64,000 nt of DNA from Octopus vulgaris (lineage: Eukaryota): NCBI GenBank assembly GCA_951406725.2, contig OX597833.1, forward strand, positions 10,850,001 through 10,914,000. Reading direction: 5' to 3'. The position numbers were made by a program, and so were the translations under genes. Within the stretch, counting starts at the first letter, position 1. Every line of letters starts with the position of its first letter. Positions 61,711-64,000 of this stretch are shown in pieces. The notes beneath the pieces were generated by a model that ran no database searches, was not told the DNA's origin, and saw only the letters and a program-made list of their open reading frames with translations.

Positions 61711-64000
61711 CAGTGGCGTGCGGTGACTTCCGGCGTTGGGCATGCAATTAATTTCATTGCCCCCCCCCCCCCCCAACCGGCAATTTTTCAGTAAAACATT
61801 TTCGTATTCCTACGATTTACATATAAGAGATTCTGAATATGTAGAATAAACAGGGAATAAAAAATGGCTGTGCAGAGATGATCCTGAAATATGTGTATTG
61901 TTTGTATTATTCTTTGCTCTTCGAAACGTCAGTACTTTCCCATCCTCATTCTCCCTTAGAAAAGTCTAAAAATCATAAGTGAAATGTAATAAAGATGAAA
62001 TTGGATTCTGTCAATATTTTTGCATATTCAGAATCTCTGTTAAAGGTAGGAATCCGAAAAAAATTTTTCACATAAGTTCGTTTTTCAAAGGGGTGCGATT
62101 CTGCATTAGCCCCTATACCTATCGGTTGAGCTGAATGAAATGATTTAATTAAAAGAACACATTTAGTTACATTATATGGCCATGGTTTTAGATCGTTACG
62201 CTCTCGAAGACAAGTCAGGTGCTTTATCATGCTACTTGTCAATTCCGGGAAAATTATTGACTTACTGAACTCCGTAGATTAAAGGACTACATTGAAAATA
62301 CACGCATATACATGAATACGCACACAATGAAAGACAGCGAAAATTCAACATTGTAAAAAGCCTCCCAAAACTGTTGTGGCAGAAGTCAACATCTCTGAGA
62401 TTGAAACAAGACACTTATTGAAAGTGAAACAAAACACTTATTTACGGCCGTAAATAGACTACACCCAACAGCACAGAAAGGGAAATCTATGTAGGTTAGG
62501 TTTCACGAAGAAATCAAAACATTTCTCCTGCGAAACAATACTGATGTAAGAAGGTCGAACCTTACGTTATAACAAACACTAAGCAAAACCTGTAATATAT
62601 GCTCTTTAATATATTATTTTTTTAATGTTTTAAAATGTTACTTAGCTCATTTATAAATTAATTCAATTCTTCGATCTTTCTGGGCAAATATATCTATCAC
62701 ATTTTCATAGAAATCTTCTCTTTTCATCAATTCTTGTAATAAATCTTTTTCAATTGACATTAGTGCTAACCCAGACAGTCTTCTTTCTCCTGTTGCATTT
62801 CTTTGGTATGTTTTAATTCTACTTAATGCAGAAAAGGATCGCTCTACAGAAGCAGTGGTAGACGGAATTGTCAAAATCAACTTGCACAGATTGAAGAGTT
62901 CTGGCATAGCTTCAACAAGATCAGTGCTGTTAATATAACTCATTAAATGACTTACACTTGGTTTTTTAAAATCTTTCATTGAATACATCACATTGAGCTC
63001 ACTTTGTAATCGTATTACATCAAAAAATCTGCCATAAGTTGTTCTTAAAGAATCTAAGGAGTCCACAGGAAATTGTTTGTAATACTCATCAACTTGGTTG
63101 AAATTCAAAAGTTCCATGAATTTAAACTCTTCTAAGGATGAATATCGTGCTTTTATTTGGTCAACTATTGTACTTATAATTTTGTTATAAAGCGTTCTAT
63201 AATGTCGTTGGGGATCAATAGATATATTCTTGGATCTCTGAATTCCGATTCCTGCATCGACTCCATATTTTTCCCCTAACCTATCATAAAAGACTGAAAA
63301 ATTATCAAGTTTGTTTTCGAGTACAGTTCTAGTTTTATCTATTTGCTGTTTACAATACACTATGTCATGACTTTTACTCTGGAGTATGTTAAATAAGACG
63401 TCAGTAAAAGAAAAAATGTCACTGAATACCTCTAACAAAAATAAGAAATCAGGAGCTTTTAAAGTGTGTAAGAATCCAATTGCTGAATTTATGGTGGTAT
63501 CATCCCATGCTTCAGGATTTTCAATGATGTGTTCAAAAAGGCTGATTATGAAATTATAATTTTCCTTTGTGGTAATAATAAGACGTGAGGAGTAATTCCA
63601 TCTAGTTGCTGTTGCTTTCGGAAATCTTTTTTTAACAATGTTATCTAATGCATTAGCCCTTTTCGGTGATTTCGTAAAAAATGTACCGAGTCCGTTTATT
63701 GTAGAAAAAAATATCTTGCATTCTTTCATAGCAGAGCATGATTGTGAAAGAACTAAATTTAGGATATGGGCACAACAATGAATAAAGATCGCACATTCAT
63801 ATTTCTTTCTTACTTTTGCCTGTAACCCATTTAGTTGTCCTGCCATTGTAGCGGCACCATCATATGTCTGCGCAATCAATTTGTTTCCACATTCCCACGT
63901 CTCAATGCATTTAAAAACATGTTCAGATAAAGCATTTTTAGAAAAACTAGTTCTCAAAATATCGTTTATAACACACATTTCACTCATTTTGAAAAAGGCT
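61711..64000 (-). mobile_element. hAT DNA transposon (3' part), inserted next to a TA-rich tract
   Basis: Terminus cagtggcgtgcggtgac at 61711 and a transposase ORF. The element runs off the window. Confidence 0.8.
62647..63987 (-). CDS. hAT transposase (ZMYM1-like family), C-terminal ~446 aa
   Basis: QTYDGA, HCCAHILNL, TRW and the dimerisation domain IPSTTASVERSFSALSRIKTY...RLSGLALMSIE. The frame stays open to the window edge. Confidence 0.92.
   Translation of the reverse strand: MSEMCVINDILRTSFSKNALSEHVFKCIETWECGNKLIAQTYDGAATMAGQLNGLQAKVRKKYECAIFIHCCAHILNLVLSQSCSAMKECKIFFSTINGLGTFFTKSPKRANALDNIVKKRFPKATATRWNYSSRLIITTKENYNFIISLFEHIIENPEAWDDTTINSAIGFLHTLKAPDFLFLLEVFSDIFSFTDVLFNILQSKSHDIVYCKQQIDKTRTVLENKLDNFSVFYDRLGEKYGVDAGIGIQRSKNISIDPQRHYRTLYNKIISTIVDQIKARYSSLEEFKFMELLNFNQVDEYYKQFPVDSLDSLRTTYGRFFDVIRLQSELNVMYSMKDFKKPSVSHLMSYINSTDLVEAMPELFNLCKLILTIPSTTASVERSFSALSRIKTYQRNATGERRLSGLALMSIEKDLLQELMKREDFYENVIDIFAQKDRRIELIYK

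Overview
Repeat-rich eukaryotic (animal) genomic DNA. The SINE/LINE families and microsatellite load suggest an octopus or other coleoid cephalopod (inference). One host gene is supported: the last five coding exons of ZFAND1 (+ strand, 2622-13439); its 5' exons lie upstream of the window. The rest is mobile DNA and repeats: two abundant tRNA-derived SINE families, RTE LINE 3' ends whose UTR carries expandable arrays of structured RNA units, Penelope-like remnants and foldback elements with hammerhead-ribozyme cores, Helitrons, piggyBac-like and 8-bp-TSD MITEs, mariner fragments and a hAT transposase. A ~20-kb modular A/C-rich satellite (25.5-45.3 kb) contains an N gap and signs of assembly artefact. 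Between 46.5 and 58.7 kb, four same-strand L1/Tx1-clade insertions sit in (TATC)n tracts, one of them nearly full length. Best leads: (1) a (TATC)n/(GATA)n-targeting Tx1 retrotransposon with a SINE that shares its 3' end; (2) tandem pseudoknot+hairpin arrays in RTE 3' UTRs, in an RTE with a PHD-like finger inside its RT; (3) hammerhead-bearing foldback elements; (4) the grammar-like satellite.
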